This document shows positions 22,125-33,600 of a DNA stretch of 64,000 bases, piece after piece. Every line of letters starts with the position of its first letter. The first letter of the stretch is position 1. Made by a program: the position numbers and the translations under genes. The notes under the pieces were generated by a model. That model did no database searches, was not told where the DNA came from, and saw only the letters and a program-made list of their open reading frames with translations. The DNA comes from a virus. Where the stretch lies: IMG/VR virus record IMGVR_UViG_3300045988_118866, positions 74,950 through 138,949 of that record; one strand, written 5' to 3'.

Positions 22125-22553
22125 ATGTCTACTTTTATTGCCTAGCATTTTATAGAAATATTTTTTGGTCTTATTTCTGCTGGCCTCTTAGCCTTTTGTA
22201 GATATATTTATACTCAAATGAAAATGTATCAAAAATTGGCAGAAGAAAAGAAAGATGAACAGTTAGAAGAATTAATTGAAGAGCATATAGCTCCAATCAA
22301 AGAAGATCTAAATAATTTAAGATCTTTCGTATTGGAAGAAAAGAAAATTAGTGAGAGATATATTGAAATAATTCTTGCTTCTTATAGATTTAGATTAATT
22401 CAATTATGTCAAAGTTTCTTAAAACAAGGATATATGACTTCAGGACAGTATGAATAGTTAGTCGAATTCTTTAAAGTATATGCAGGTTTAGGTGGAAATG
22501 GATAGGCTAAAGAGTACTATGAAAGGACTTTAAAATTACCGCTCAAAGACTAA
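22125..22553 (+). CDS. membrane protein with one N-terminal TM helix (holin-like candidate)
   Basis: ATG at 22125 follows RBS ggagg. TAGs at 22143, 22443 and 22509; TAA at 22551. Hydrophobic segment FIEIFFGLISAGLLAFCRYIY followed by a charged coiled region. Confidence 0.4.
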
Positions 22554-22555
22554 TA

Positions 22556-22608
22556 AAAAAAATAAGGGAATGAAACAAAAATAGTTTCATTCCCTTATTT
22601 TTTTTATC
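22556..22608. terminator. bidirectional rho-independent terminator at convergence of early (+) and cargo/late (-) transcription
   Basis: Hairpin aagggaatgaaac-aaaaatag-gtttcattccctt, with an A-run upstream and a T-run downstream. Confidence 0.7.
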
Positions 22609-22907
22609 TATTTAAATAAAAGATTAGTATTATTTATAATTTCTTCACCATAAGTTCCCACCAAATCCGCAATCAATTCTTCTTCTTCTGGTTTTAATGA
22701 AATATCATAGCTAAAAATAGCAGCATGAGTTAATTCATGCGCTAATACTTTTTTTAATTTTTTATTACTAATATTTTCATTAATATAAATTGTTGAAGTG
22801 GGATCATCGCAAGAACCTAAAGTATATATTCCAGAAGGTCGCATTAACATAGGATGATTGGAAGATACTAATAGTATCCTCCAATTCCTATTATTAATAT
22901 TAACCAT
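22608..22907 (-). CDS. ImmA/IrrE-like zinc metallopeptidase (HExxH)
   Basis: LKKVLAHELTHAAIF contains HELTH. The short peptidase domain is typical of ImmA-like antirepressors. TGA immediately upstream in frame. Confidence 0.55.
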   Translation of the reverse strand: MVNINNRNWRILLVSSNHPMLMRPSGIYTLGSCDDPTSTIYINENISNKKLKKVLAHELTHAAIFSYDISLKPEEEELIADLVGTYGEEIINNTNLLFK

Positions 22908-23445
22908 TCATAGATCCAATTTTAGATGCTAAAGCCTAGATTTTCTTCTCCATATAAGAACGTTCATCATTAGAAGCATCTTCAATCATTTCTACTATAT
23001 CAGAACTTAATTCTTGAAGATATTTATCTAACTCTTTTATCTAAACACTCTTATCTTTATGAAGTTCTTTGGCTTCTATGTACATCTTTCTGTGGACGCC
23101 ACTACGGCCTTCTCTGCTATCATGGGTTTCACGAGATTTTCCATTTGTAGGCATCTCATATTCATGCTCATCATAATCATAATCTTCCCAATCATAATCA
23201 TATGTCATAGGTTTATAGATTCTTTTTTTATGAGGAGATTTATATTTTTCAGTATAATAATGTGTGGTTTTAGGTAAATCATTCATAGCTTCAGTAATAG
23301 TACAATAATAAATAGCCTCTTCAAGGTCTTTTATCATATCTATTACTTCGCCCATTTCCTTTGTATCAACACATTCTAAATGAGCCATTTGGCTTTCTAC
23401 TTGAGTTAATAATTGTTTTTTAATTTCTTGGAATTTATCACACAT
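22900..23445 (-). CDS. hypothetical acidic protein (two in-frame TAG)
   Basis: ATG at 23445 follows RBS aaggagg. The frame continues through the TAG at 23041 and another at 22936 to a TAA at 22900. Confidence 0.5.
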
Positions 23446-23458
23446 TTAAAAAACCTCC

Positions 23459-23881
23459 TTATGCCACTCTCTCGATAATTAAACTGGCGTTTTCAACATC
23501 AATAGCCTATGAACTCGTGTTTTCAATACTAATTTGAGTGCAACAACCGCCTAACACATCAAGGAATAAAGCACGTGAAACATTATTAAACTGTCCAGTA
23601 GCCGTAGGAGTAGAAATCATTGTAGAAGTAGTAACTGGCTCTCCATTAATAGCTATAGCCAAAGAAATAGCACCCGCAGTTCCAGTAGTTGGAAGTCCTA
23701 TATTACCTCCAAATGAAATGCGGAAACGAGCTCTGCGTTGACCGTTCGTAAGACCGCGGAGGGTAACTAAACCGCTACCCTCGCGATACATTATGGAACA
23801 GTTTCCAGCAACAGCTGTGTTAGTGAATACTACATTAGAACCAGTAGCAACTGATTGTAAAGCATTAGCCGTTATTTCCAT
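23459..23881 (-). CDS. BclA C-terminal domain-like (C1q/TNF-like) protein
   Basis: Read-through of the TAG at 23507 gives a C-terminus ...LAIAINGEPVTT...ASLIIERVA. This closely parallels the end of the Bacillus exosporium BclA C-terminal domain (...LTIQVNGVPV...ASIIIEKVA). No collagen-like repeats are present. Confidence 0.55.
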
Positions 23882-23902
23882 AATTTAACCTTCTTTCTTC
23901 AA

Positions 23903-24784
23903 TCAGGAATTGCAACCGCATCCTGAACCATATCCACATCCATAGCTAGTATAACTAACACCGGTATAAGGATTAGCAACAATATAAGCGGGAGTTGCTT
24001 TTGGAGACAACTGATCAATAAGATAAGCATTTTGAAGATTTTGAGAAATCTAATTTTTAAGAGTGCTATTTTCACTGGTAAGAGTCTCAATTTTATCTTG
24101 AACAAGGAAGTCAAGAATAGAACGCATATTAGCATTATTGTTGTCAATAATATCACGGACACCATCAACGGTAGCCTGACGATTCTGGCAAGCAATACTA
24201 GCAAGATTGTAATTAAGATCAGCAAAACTAGATTGAATTAACTATTTATTCTCGCAGCAGCATTGAGCATTAGTAGCTGCCATATTACTTAATTGCTGAG
24301 TTAAATTATTAGTATTCTGCATACTTGCTACAGTATCAGCATTAATAGCCTGAGTGATACTAAAAGTATTCTGCATATTATTCATACCCATATTACAGAT
24401 ATCACTCTGTAAAGTGCGAGTATTAGCATTATTAGTTTCAGCAAGATTAGCAAAACCACTTAAAAGATTAGTGTTTACTCCACTAAAACCATTGCAAAGA
24501 CTAGAAGCTAAGCCATTAACCCCAGATTTAAGATCGCTCATGTTAAAACCATAACCGATTTCTTCTCGAGTTGTAGTGCCTTGGAAACCAGAACCATTAG
24601 CACCATTATTACCCCAGCCATTACCGCCCCAACCATTGAAGCAGAATAAGAACAGGATAATAATCCACCATGCTCCGTCTCCCCACATTCCGCCATCATT
24701 ATTACGATAGCCATTTCCAGAAGCCGCAGCAATATCAGATAATGAATAATTCGGCGTGCTCATTGGATAATTGTAATTAAACAT
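23903..24784 (-). CDS. Gly/Asn/Cys-rich protein with one TM segment (exosporium/coat-like or membrane cargo protein)
   Basis: ATG at 24784 follows RBS aagagg. Reads through TAGs at 24242 and 24050 to a TGA at 23903. Hydrophobic AWWIIILFLFCF, repetitive GWGGNGWGNNGANGSG, CCCENK, and a C-terminal GCGYGSGCGCNS. Confidence 0.45.
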
Positions 24785-24810
24785 AACAAAACCTCTTTCT
24801 ATAATTTTAT

Positions 24811-25059
24811 TTATTTAAACCCCATTTGGGACTTAAAACTATTAAACTCTTTATCGAAATTTAAACCTCTTGATTCAAACAAATTACGAGCAAATTTTTC
24901 AATGTCATCGGATTGACCGTTCCGTGCCATTTGTAATAAATTATTGCCCATTGGCGTTCCGCCCATTTGATTTTCAAGCATAGATAAAACTAATTGCTAT
25001 GGATTTTGACCGTTTTTAATCATAGCAATAATTTGCATTGGATTCATTGATTGTGTCAT
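24811..25059 (-). CDS. small hypothetical protein (one in-frame TAG)
   Basis: ATG at 25059 follows RBS aaggagag. 82 aa, MTQSMNPMQIIAMIKNGQNPQQLV... Confidence 0.45.
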
Positions 25060-25071
25060 TTGAAACTCTCC

Positions 25072-25521
25072 TTAAAAATTAAACTGCGGTTTGCTCTCTG
25101 TTGGTTGCTATTGAGCTGGCTAACCCGATTCCTAAGACGGCGCAACCGCGTTATTGGATCCCATGATCTATGCAAATACTTCTTTAATAGAAGTTAAGGT
25201 AGTATTAAATTCTTCTCGTGTTATATAGTCATTATTAGGCTAAGAAGAATTTGGGATTTCTTTTAATTCATACATATTAATAGAAGCTGTTCCATCCATA
25301 TTTATTTGTTTTGTATAAATTCTACGATTAGCATAGTCAGGAAAATAAAAAACTGAACCATCAAAATCTATATTCATAGCTCGAACCTCTTCTAAAGAAG
25401 CAACGGGTCTAATTCGCTATGCAGTATTGTTTTGAATCACAGGTGTAGCAGTTGTTCCATAAATAGGTCTATTATTACCTATTGGATACTACTGCTATGG
25501 ATAACCATAAGTATTCATGTT
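25072..25521 (-). CDS. Gln-rich hypothetical protein (many in-frame TAG in Q-rich runs)
   Basis: ATG at 25521 follows RBS ggaggtaat. TAG codons are interleaved with CAG/CAA, giving PQQQYP and PSQESGQPAQQQPT. Confidence 0.5.
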
Positions 25522-25602
25522 ATTACCTCCGGAGAAATATAATAATGAAAGGTTTTATCTTTTCCTTTCATTATTATATGACTTTTATTTTGTGTAAATA
25601 TA

Positions 25603-25630
25603 TTATAATTACTGACACTTTTTGGATAAA
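25603..25630 (-). promoter_or_regulatory. candidate promoter for the minus-strand cargo cassette (TTTATC-16-TATAAT on minus strand)
   Basis: Read on the minus strand: TTTATCcaaaaagtgtcagtaatTATAAT. It lies upstream of the RBS of gene 25072..25521, after a hairpin at 25545-25573. Confidence 0.3.
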
Positions 25631-25680
25631 AATTTCACTTACTTAAAATTAAATAAATTTGACACTTTATAATTTTTTAT

Positions 25681-25709
25681 TTTACAATATTTAAAAATTT
25701 TTGTATAAT
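25681..25709 (+). promoter_or_regulatory. promoter of the LytTR regulator gene (TTTACA-17-TGTATAAT)
   Basis: Extended -10 TGTATAAT at 25702-25709. There is also a TTGACA at 25659-25664. Confidence 0.45.
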
Positions 25710-25761
25710 TATAATATAGAAAGAATATAAAGATAGAAAAATTTTTTCTAAAATAAACAAA

Positions 25762-26478
25762 ATGAAGGTGATTAAAATTTTTATCGTAGGTGTTTGCGAC
25801 AATAGCGATTAGCAAAATGACTCATTGGAAGAAATAATAAATCAGTATTTTAAAGAATTTAATTTGCCGGGATATGTATATAAATTTACTGATCCTAGAA
25901 AATTAATTGATTCTAATATTGATTATGATGCAATCTTTTTAGGGATTACATTCAAAAAAATGGATGGTATTGAAATAGCTCATCTCTTAAGAACAAATGG
26001 GTATATTGGAAAAATAATTTTTGTTTCCTCTCAAATAAATTATGGAGTAGCTTCTTATGAAGTAAAGGCATTTAACTTCGTCAAAAAACCTGCTAATAAA
26101 GAAAAAATTTTTTCTATTTTACATGAAGTTAGAGAAGAAAAAAGACGTGAATATAAATATTTAGACACTCCTAATGGAGAAGTAAAAATTGATTTGGGTA
26201 AAGTATTATATGCTGATATCCAAAAACGAAATTTGTGTTGCCATTTAGAAAATGAGGTTCTAAATAGTAAAACTTTAAAAACTTCTTTTGAAAATTATAT
26301 AGGAACTTTAGTTTATCATCCAGATTTTGTCTTTATCCCACCAAGTTTAATTATTAATTTAAATCAAATTAAAATAATGAATAAAGACAATTTAACTTTC
26401 AAAAATGGTGAAGTTTTATGCTTTCCTAAAAAAGGCTATGAGGAAATTAATCGACGATGGAAAAATCCATTTAGATAA
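25762..26478 (+). CDS. LytTR-family transcriptional regulator with degenerate (pseudo-)receiver domain
   Basis: ATG at 25762 is in frame with ORF 25825..26478 through the TAG at 25810. N-terminus MKVIKIFIVGVCDNSD... is receiver-like, but the phospho-acceptor position reads FLGI instead of FLDI. The C-terminal LytTR DNA-binding domain reads VKIDLGKVLYADIQKRNLCCHLENE...FIPPSLIINLNQI. Confidence 0.7.
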
Positions 26479-26480
26479 AA

Positions 26481-26525
26481 AAAATAAGGGAGACATTCAG
26501 TTAAGAATGTCTCCCTTATTTTTAT
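26481..26525. terminator. bidirectional terminator (aagggagacattc-agttaa-gaatgtctccctt) between LytTR gene and minus-strand holin-like gene
   Basis: Perfect 13-bp stem flanked by A-run and T-run. Confidence 0.65.
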
Positions 26526-26932
26526 TGTTTTAAATCATCACTTGGAGTACGATAATTATTTACTGTAGACTCGATCTTCTCTTGTAAATATTTATTCAAA
26601 TCACCAAAAGCATTATTCAAATACTCTTTAGCATCATCACTTAAAATGAGCAATACTGCTTGATAAGTTCTCTAAAATGCTTCTTTTTGAGCAGCTTCAT
26701 CAAACTTACCTTGTTCTTTAAGAGAATTTACATAAGTTTGATTGGTGGCAATAACACAATTAGTAATTGTGTCAGTAGCCATTTGCACATATTTATTTAA
26801 AATATCATTATTAGTTTTCTTTTGTAATTCTGCACTTTTTGCTTTAATCCAAATAACTATAAAAGTGGTTAAAGCACCAAGCATAGGAATCAAACATACT
26901 TGGAATAATTGATTAATTAAATTTTGATCCAT
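26522..26932 (-). CDS. small membrane protein, holin-like candidate (one in-frame TAG)
   Basis: ATG at 26932 follows RBS aaaggagat. TM helix LFQVCLIPMLGALTTFIVIWI. Reads through the TAG at 26672 to a TAA at 26522. Confidence 0.4.
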
Positions 26933-26966
26933 AATATTATCTCCTTTTTCTTACAATAAATTTATA

Positions 26967-27941
26967 TTAAATCCAAGCCACGGGGACAGGTGTCCAAGTA
27001 CCTGTGGTAGAAGTTCTATATTTAAAAGTGCCAGTTTTAGCAGTTGTATCTATCCATACTAAAGGAGCAGTTCCAGACGCAGGTTGTGTTGATCCAATAT
27101 AAATAGAATAATCAGTAGTAGTTCCAACTGTAGGAGGAATGGCATTGTCAACGTATTTTTTAGTTACTAAATCCATATCCTGTGTTGGAGTATATGTATT
27201 ATCCATAGTAATTTTGCCATCTTTAGTTAATATATTAGATTTATTTTTATAAATCAAATTCTCGGTAGAAGAATTAATTTTTTCTAAAGCTTTATTTAAT
27301 TCAGTTTGGATACGAACAATATCTTCATCAACATTAACTCCTACTGCTCCTTCAATACCCATTACAGTTAGAAAATCTCCCTACTCACCTTTCCAACCAT
27401 TTAAAGTAATAGTATTACCATTTATAGTATAATTTTCTGTTTCCTAAATCATAATACCATTATAATAAAGAGTAAGAGTACTACTATCACTAAAATTAAA
27501 AGGAATATTAAAAACCGTCTAATCGGCACTAACATCAAAAGTATATTTGTTTATGATTTTTCCAGCAATATCAGCAGGACAAGTAACAGGATATCCAATA
27601 CCATTAATATTTATTACTCCAATTTGTCCTCCAGTATCATCAATATTTTCATAAGATACTTCTGATAATTCTGCTAAATTACGACCATTTTCATCATAAG
27701 TGGCATAATCCGCGTGATCAGTATATAAATTTAATCTTTTATCCGCAGTATCAATATAGAATTTATGAGTATCTTCTGTAAAATAAGCATAACCTTCTTT
27801 GATAGGAGTGGTATCTTTTACTGGTGTAAATAAAGTTTTTCCAGAATCTAAAGATGGAAAGGGTATTTTTCCATTAACCGCTTTCGCATCATAGGTGACT
27901 AATCTATCTGAATCACCTTTTAAAATTTTAAATAGAGCCAT
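26967..27941 (-). CDS. tail fibre-like protein (N-terminal FK.LKG motif; three in-frame TAG)
   Basis: ATG at 27941 follows RBS aaggagtta, with TGA upstream in frame. ORFs 27519..27941 and 26967..27362 join through TAGs at 27519, 27444 and 27381. Fibre-like motif TKKYVDNAI. Confidence 0.55.
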
Positions 27942-27973
27942 CGATCTTCAATAACTCCTTTCTATAAATTAAT

Positions 27974-28012
27974 GGTATAGAATTAAATTAATAATTCTAT
28001 ACCATTTGGTTT
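27974..28012. terminator. symmetric hairpin aatggtatagaatta-aa-ttaataattctataccatt followed by T-rich tract
   Basis: 15-bp inverted repeat between genes 28015..28635 and 26967..27941. Confidence 0.45.
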
Positions 28013-28014
28013 AT

Positions 28015-28635
28015 TTATTCGAGAACAATCCAATAAACATCCAACCCATTACCACCAACAAATCCCTCTAAACGCGCTAAACGCTCCCAAATTTGTTGTA
28101 CTACTTGGCTATCATCAATTACGTAATAATCTTCTTCTTTTACAATAGAATCTAAATTAAGTTTAGAATAAACCTAAAGACTTGCTGGTAATGTATTTAA
28201 ATTATATAATAAATTATTAGAATCTTTTTCTATTTTATAAAAAGTTATCATATAATTCAAAGTGCCAGATTTCTTAGTAGCGCTATAATTTAAAACCCAA
28301 GGAAAAATAATTTTATCTTTATGAGTTAAAGTATCATAATATGGGACTGGATAAATACGTTTTTCATTATCAGCATTAATATACTAAATAATACACATCA
28401 TATTGGTTAAATCCATAGTGTCAAAATATCTATTTATTTCAAAATAAATAATTTCAGCAGCGTGATCGCCTTCAACTGTAATATAACTATTTTCATTATT
28501 AATAGTTCTTGAGTTTAAATCTATCTAAACCAACTTTTCATCTTCGGGAGCTGGAAGAGCAGGATACTTAACTGGAAAATTTTCATCTTGTATTTGATGT
28601 AAAACACTATAATAATCAGTTGGATTAGTTATCAT
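28015..28635 (-). CDS. tail/baseplate-associated protein sharing a paralogous domain with gene 28641..30323
   Basis: ATG at 28635 follows RBS gagggg. Motif TVEGDHAAEIIYFEINRYFD. TAA at 28015. Dense TAG content means no piece appears in the ORF track. Confidence 0.5.
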
Positions 28636-28640
28636 TTATC

Positions 28641-30323
28641 TTACCCCTCAATCTTAAAGGTTCCTGGTTGCGATTTTCTTTCACCCTTCTGGATAATTAC
28701 AGCTCCTTGAGTAATATTTTCATCTACTTCTGTTGAATTATCAGAAGTTGTCTTTAGAGTAGTACCCTACGCATTTTTCCATTGATATTCATAAATACCA
28801 TTGCCTAACTCACTAGTATTAGTGACTGTAACAATATATTTTCCATTCTCAATTTTAACTTTTTCGTCAATGACAGGTTTTAAATTAGTTGGGTCAAAAT
28901 AATTGGTGAAACTAATTGTAGGATAATCTATATTATCTTTATTTTTATAACCATGAACTGATAAAGTATAATTATCCTCTTCAGTTAAAGTTACAGTTTT
29001 TTCAGTGCTAAAATCAGAGCCATTCTTTTTCCAAAGATAAGTACACTGAACGCCTTCATCATTCTATCCAACAGCAGTAATAGTATTAGAAGAACCATAA
29101 TAACATCCATTATCAGGAGAAGGATCAAGAACGATTCTAAAATCTTCACTGATTCCTTCAACAGAAATAGCTAATCCAGCCCATTTAACTTCTTTACTTA
29201 CTTGATTCGCGGTTGCGCCAAACGCGGTGACACTATAGCTTCCACATCCATCAACTTCACAGTATTGAACTTTTAGGTAGAGGTCATTTTTCTTAGCAGT
29301 ATAGTTTTCAAGATTAATATCACTACTACTATTAATATAAGAATCTCCATTTTTAGTAAAATAAGTTAATTTCTCATTGTAGATCATATCTCCACTAAAA
29401 ATACTATTATCTTCAATAATTTTTTTATATTCATAACCAATGCCACTTTTTAATTCAGTATTAGTTCCTCTATAATTACAAATCCATTTATATTCAATTG
29501 TAGTATTATCTGGATTATTTAAAGTATCATTATAAGCTAAAGCATATAATTTATCACCTGTTAAATAAACAGATTTATTGTTTAAAATACTTGTCAAGAA
29601 AGCAACATTATCAGGAACACCAAAACCAGCGGATTTCTTTGAATCAATTAGACTTTCTAAGTATCCAGTCAAATAATCAACAGGTTGCGCGGTAACTAAA
29701 TCTTCATCAATATCTAAAGTTTTATTAATAACCATTTGCGCTGGTAATGTATTAAATACATACATTAAATTATTATTATCTTTTGGATTCTTTTTAAAGA
29801 AAATAATAGAAAACTATAAAGTACCAGATTCACTAGTCACTTCATCACTAATTTGCCATCCAAAAATTAATTTTCCAGCAGTACCAATATCAGGACAAAT
29901 AGCTTCAGAATAACCTTGAACTTGATCGTTTAAATAATACTGAATATAAATCTTAATATCATCAGCCGCCAAATCTTGTAAATCAAAATATCTATCAATT
30001 TGAAAATAAATTGTTTCCGCCAAATGATCGTTTTCAACAGTAAGTAATTGTGTTTTTCCAAATTCTTTAGTTAATTCAATTTGACGAGTATCAGCATTTA
30101 TATTTATAATAGGTTCATCTAAAGGTATACGAAGAACAGATGGATCTAATTTCTTCATTTGAACGATACCAGTGATATTACTATAATAGTCTTCAATAGA
30201 TTTTATTTCAACGATTTTTCCATTAATGTTTTTTATTGAGTTATCTTTAGCTAAAGTATTGATTTTCTTTTGAAGTTCTTCCCATTTAGCTTGTTCGATA
30301 ACGCTATCATTTTTAACTATCAA
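28641..30323 (-). CDS. tail/baseplate structural protein (about 560 aa)
   Basis: TTG start at 30323, 8 nt after RBS aaaggaaga. ORFs 29814..30323 and 29064..29765 are joined by the TAG at 29814. The frame continues to a TAA at 28641. Motif TVENDHLAETIYFQIDRYFD. Confidence 0.55.
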
Positions 30324-30348
30324 ATCTATCTCTTCCTTTCTAAAAAAA

Positions 30349-30395
30349 TTAGGTTAAATAGTTTCTTTTCCTATTTAACCTAATTTTTTTTATAT
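30349..30395 (-). terminator. hairpin (aggttaaatag/ctatttaacct) + T-run on minus strand
   Basis: Located between the small gene 30420..30620 and gene 28641..30323. Confidence 0.45.
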
Positions 30396-30419
30396 TTAAA
30401 TCAATGTATTCTGGCCTAT

Positions 30420-30620
30420 TTAAACCTCATACCATTCTTCTAATTCATCTTCGGGAACTAAAGGAGAGATAGAAAAGAATTCTTTTCCATCTCTCGTTAA
30501 TTTTTTATTATAATCCGCAATTAATCTATATAATTTAGTCGCAGGCACTCCTGCTAACTATATAGAAGATTCAATAATGCCATTAGAACCCATATATCTA
30601 TAAACAATTTCTTTTTCCAT
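30420..30620 (-). CDS. small hypothetical protein (66 aa, one TAG)
   Basis: ATG at 30620 follows RBS gaggat. TAA at 30420. Confidence 0.4.
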
Positions 30621-30629
30621 ATTTTATCC

Positions 30630-33600
30630 TCACTTTACAATAGGTTCTTCTTCAAAGTTTGCTCTATTAGATATCATTGCTTCATAAATTCTATGTAAAG
30701 TATTCTTAACACTTTCACCATAACTAGCAACATAATAATATCTAAAACGACCTGTATATCCATTAGCGACAGTAGGCATACCTGTTTGACGAGGGGTAAA
30801 AATATTACCAGAACTATCTGCCGTAATCTATTTAATTGGATGCTTATTAGTGCCAATCTATACTTGAATAGCACCAGTATAACCCTTAAACTAATTACCA
30901 GACATATTTAAAATTGTCTAACCAGAGAACGCATTTACATCAAAGTTAAGAATACCATCTTTACATCCCTCTATAATTAAATTATAAGGAGAATAAGACC
31001 CCATCTTACTTTGATAGAATGCTTGAGCTCCAAAAGTCAAACCTTCCGTAGAAGAAGAATAAGGAATTATATTATTACGGCTTAAAGGACATTGATAAAA
31101 TGCCTTAATGCCAATTTTCTTTAAACAATCACTGAACTAAAAATATTCCAATCCACTATCTAAAGTAAAAGCATAATCATCTATTACAGAAATTTTGTTA
31201 TTGTCTTTTGGAGCAAAAAATACTGCTGTAATATTAGGATTTACTTGAATACCCACTGCCGCAGATGGATTAACTTGACTGTATCTAATTCTTGTAATTG
31301 GCTAGCCGTTATAAATTGTAGGTAAAGTGATTTTACCTTTTAAATTCTTAGCTAAATCAGTCATTACAAATGATAATTCTCCGTCAGAATTTATAATATC
31401 ATAATATTTATGAGTAGAATCATTAATTAAGATATTGTCATAAACACTAACTGGTTCTCCAACAGCATAGAATTCGCGGTCGGCATAAGCTAACTATCTT
31501 GTTAAATCAATTTTAACTCCATCTTTATCAGCCCATCCAGTCTGTTTCCAAGTCCATTCTAAAGAATTTTCTCCATTTGGCAAATCTGTCACTTCTGTAT
31601 TATTAAAATAATAAAATTCATCTGGAACAGTAATTCTTTCACCATAATTAAATACTTTCTTTACGGTTGAATCATTGACGACGCGGTCGCCATTAACAAA
31701 AGTAATTGTATAAGATTTACGTTCAAATCTTGCTTTAAAGATATAATCTATTTTATTAGACTGTAAGGATAAAGAACCCCAATTATCTTTTAAAACCGCA
31801 TCTTTTTCATTTACATCTTTTCCAACTGTAATTACCAATTCACCAGTATCATCTTCCCAACCTTTAAAATTATAGGTTGGCATTTTTTCTTGTAAGCTAC
31901 CAAAAGAAATATAAGTTTCGCTTGAAGAATCCGTAGGATTGTCAAAAAACTTAGAGCTTGATAAAGGTAATTTCTAAGTCTTTAAAATTTCTTGAGTTAA
32001 TACTCCATCTGCGTCTTCTTGTTCGAGAACAAATTTAGCAGAATATTCTTTCTTAACATTTTTCATAAAAATAGTTAGATTAGGATAAATACTCTATAAT
32101 TCCTCTTGAATTACGTGTTCTTCTATTTCTTGAGTATTTTCAATGTAAATAATGCCAGTTATATTAGGATAAGTCTAATTAATACCTTTAAAGTTAGTCG
32201 GGGCTCCATTATACAAATTACGTAATAAAGTATAATCAATAATTTTACTATGAATATCATTATATCCATTTACATTATTATCATAATAATAAATTAAATT
32301 ATTTTTTATTTCACTCGGAGTAATTTTACTTACATCTTCTGCGTTAATTTTTTCTAGTTGGAAATGCCCGTTATCTTTATAATACTTAATATTAATACTA
32401 TCTAATTCCACTTTATCATCATTTAATAATCTATAAGGACTCCATTGGACATTAGTTAAATTAACTTCGCATCCAGTTAAATTACTCTTTTCACAACCAA
32501 GATAATAACGTCTTAATAGTTCATAAGAATAATAATCTAAATTACCACCGCGAATATCAAAAGTTTTTATACTCGTTGTAATAACGTTATCTTCAACATC
32601 AGTTAAATTTTTAATATACAATCCTTTATTTTCTTCCGCAACTTCAAGACGATTAGTGATAGGATTAACTGTAGGATATACATATTTAGTAACTAATTTA
32701 GTCAAAAGATTCGCTTCTATTAAACTTAAATAATTCGTATAATCAGTTAAATACAAAGTATTTAAAGCAACGCCTTCAGCGAACTAAACTTTAGTGACAT
32801 TAGAACCAGTATTTCTAAAGTTTTCTAATTTTTCACTTTTAGTTAAGTCTAAAGCTACTGGATTTAAGAATCTAATATTACAAAGATTCATTTCTTTTAA
32901 TAATGGCATACCTTCACTGGGATAACTCCAATTGTTTACGTCATTGTTTTTATATTCTTTTCCTTCTTCAGAAAGACCATCATATCCTAATAACAAATCT
33001 ACTAATTTATTAGCCTTACCTCTAATAAATAATTCTTGGAAATATAATTTACTTAAATCTCCAAGAGATTTCATCTATTCTAAGCCATAAATATAATATA
33101 ATTGTTCACGGTAATTACCACTTGACATAATACCTTTCTTTAAATCTGGAGCAGTAAATCTAACAGGAGTTAAACCATCATATTTCTAAGATGGGAAATT
33201 TGCTCCATCAGTTCCAACAGTAACATAAGAACGACGGGCAGGCTCCATCTTAATCCAATATTCACCATCAAACATATGATTTTTAGTACCAAATTCTTTT
33301 CCATTTTTCCAATATTGAGAATTAGTTATTAAATTAGTTAAGCCTTGATTATTAGTTCCTTCAATCCATTCATCAGATGTAGTATTTGGATTATTAGCAG
33401 AAATACGGCTTATGATATTATTACTACCACTATCTCCAGAATATTCATCAACCGTTAACCAAGAGTCAATATAATTAAGACGGTTGGTTAAAAACTGCGA
33501 ACGATAAAGATTGCGGTCGCCCTATAAAGCATAGAAATACTAATCACTTTCTATTTCGTATTGGCCACCATTAGTAATACGACCAAAAATAGTATCTTTT

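Noticed and set aside
23899-24225. Highly hydrophobic ORF MLILITILLVLLARIV... on the minus strand
   Set aside because: It is an out-of-frame read across the Gly/Asn/Cys-rich gene 23903..24784. The in-frame translation through TAG is the coherent one.
30674-30874. 66-aa minus ORF
   Set aside because: Wrong frame inside the 7.7 kb giant ORF.
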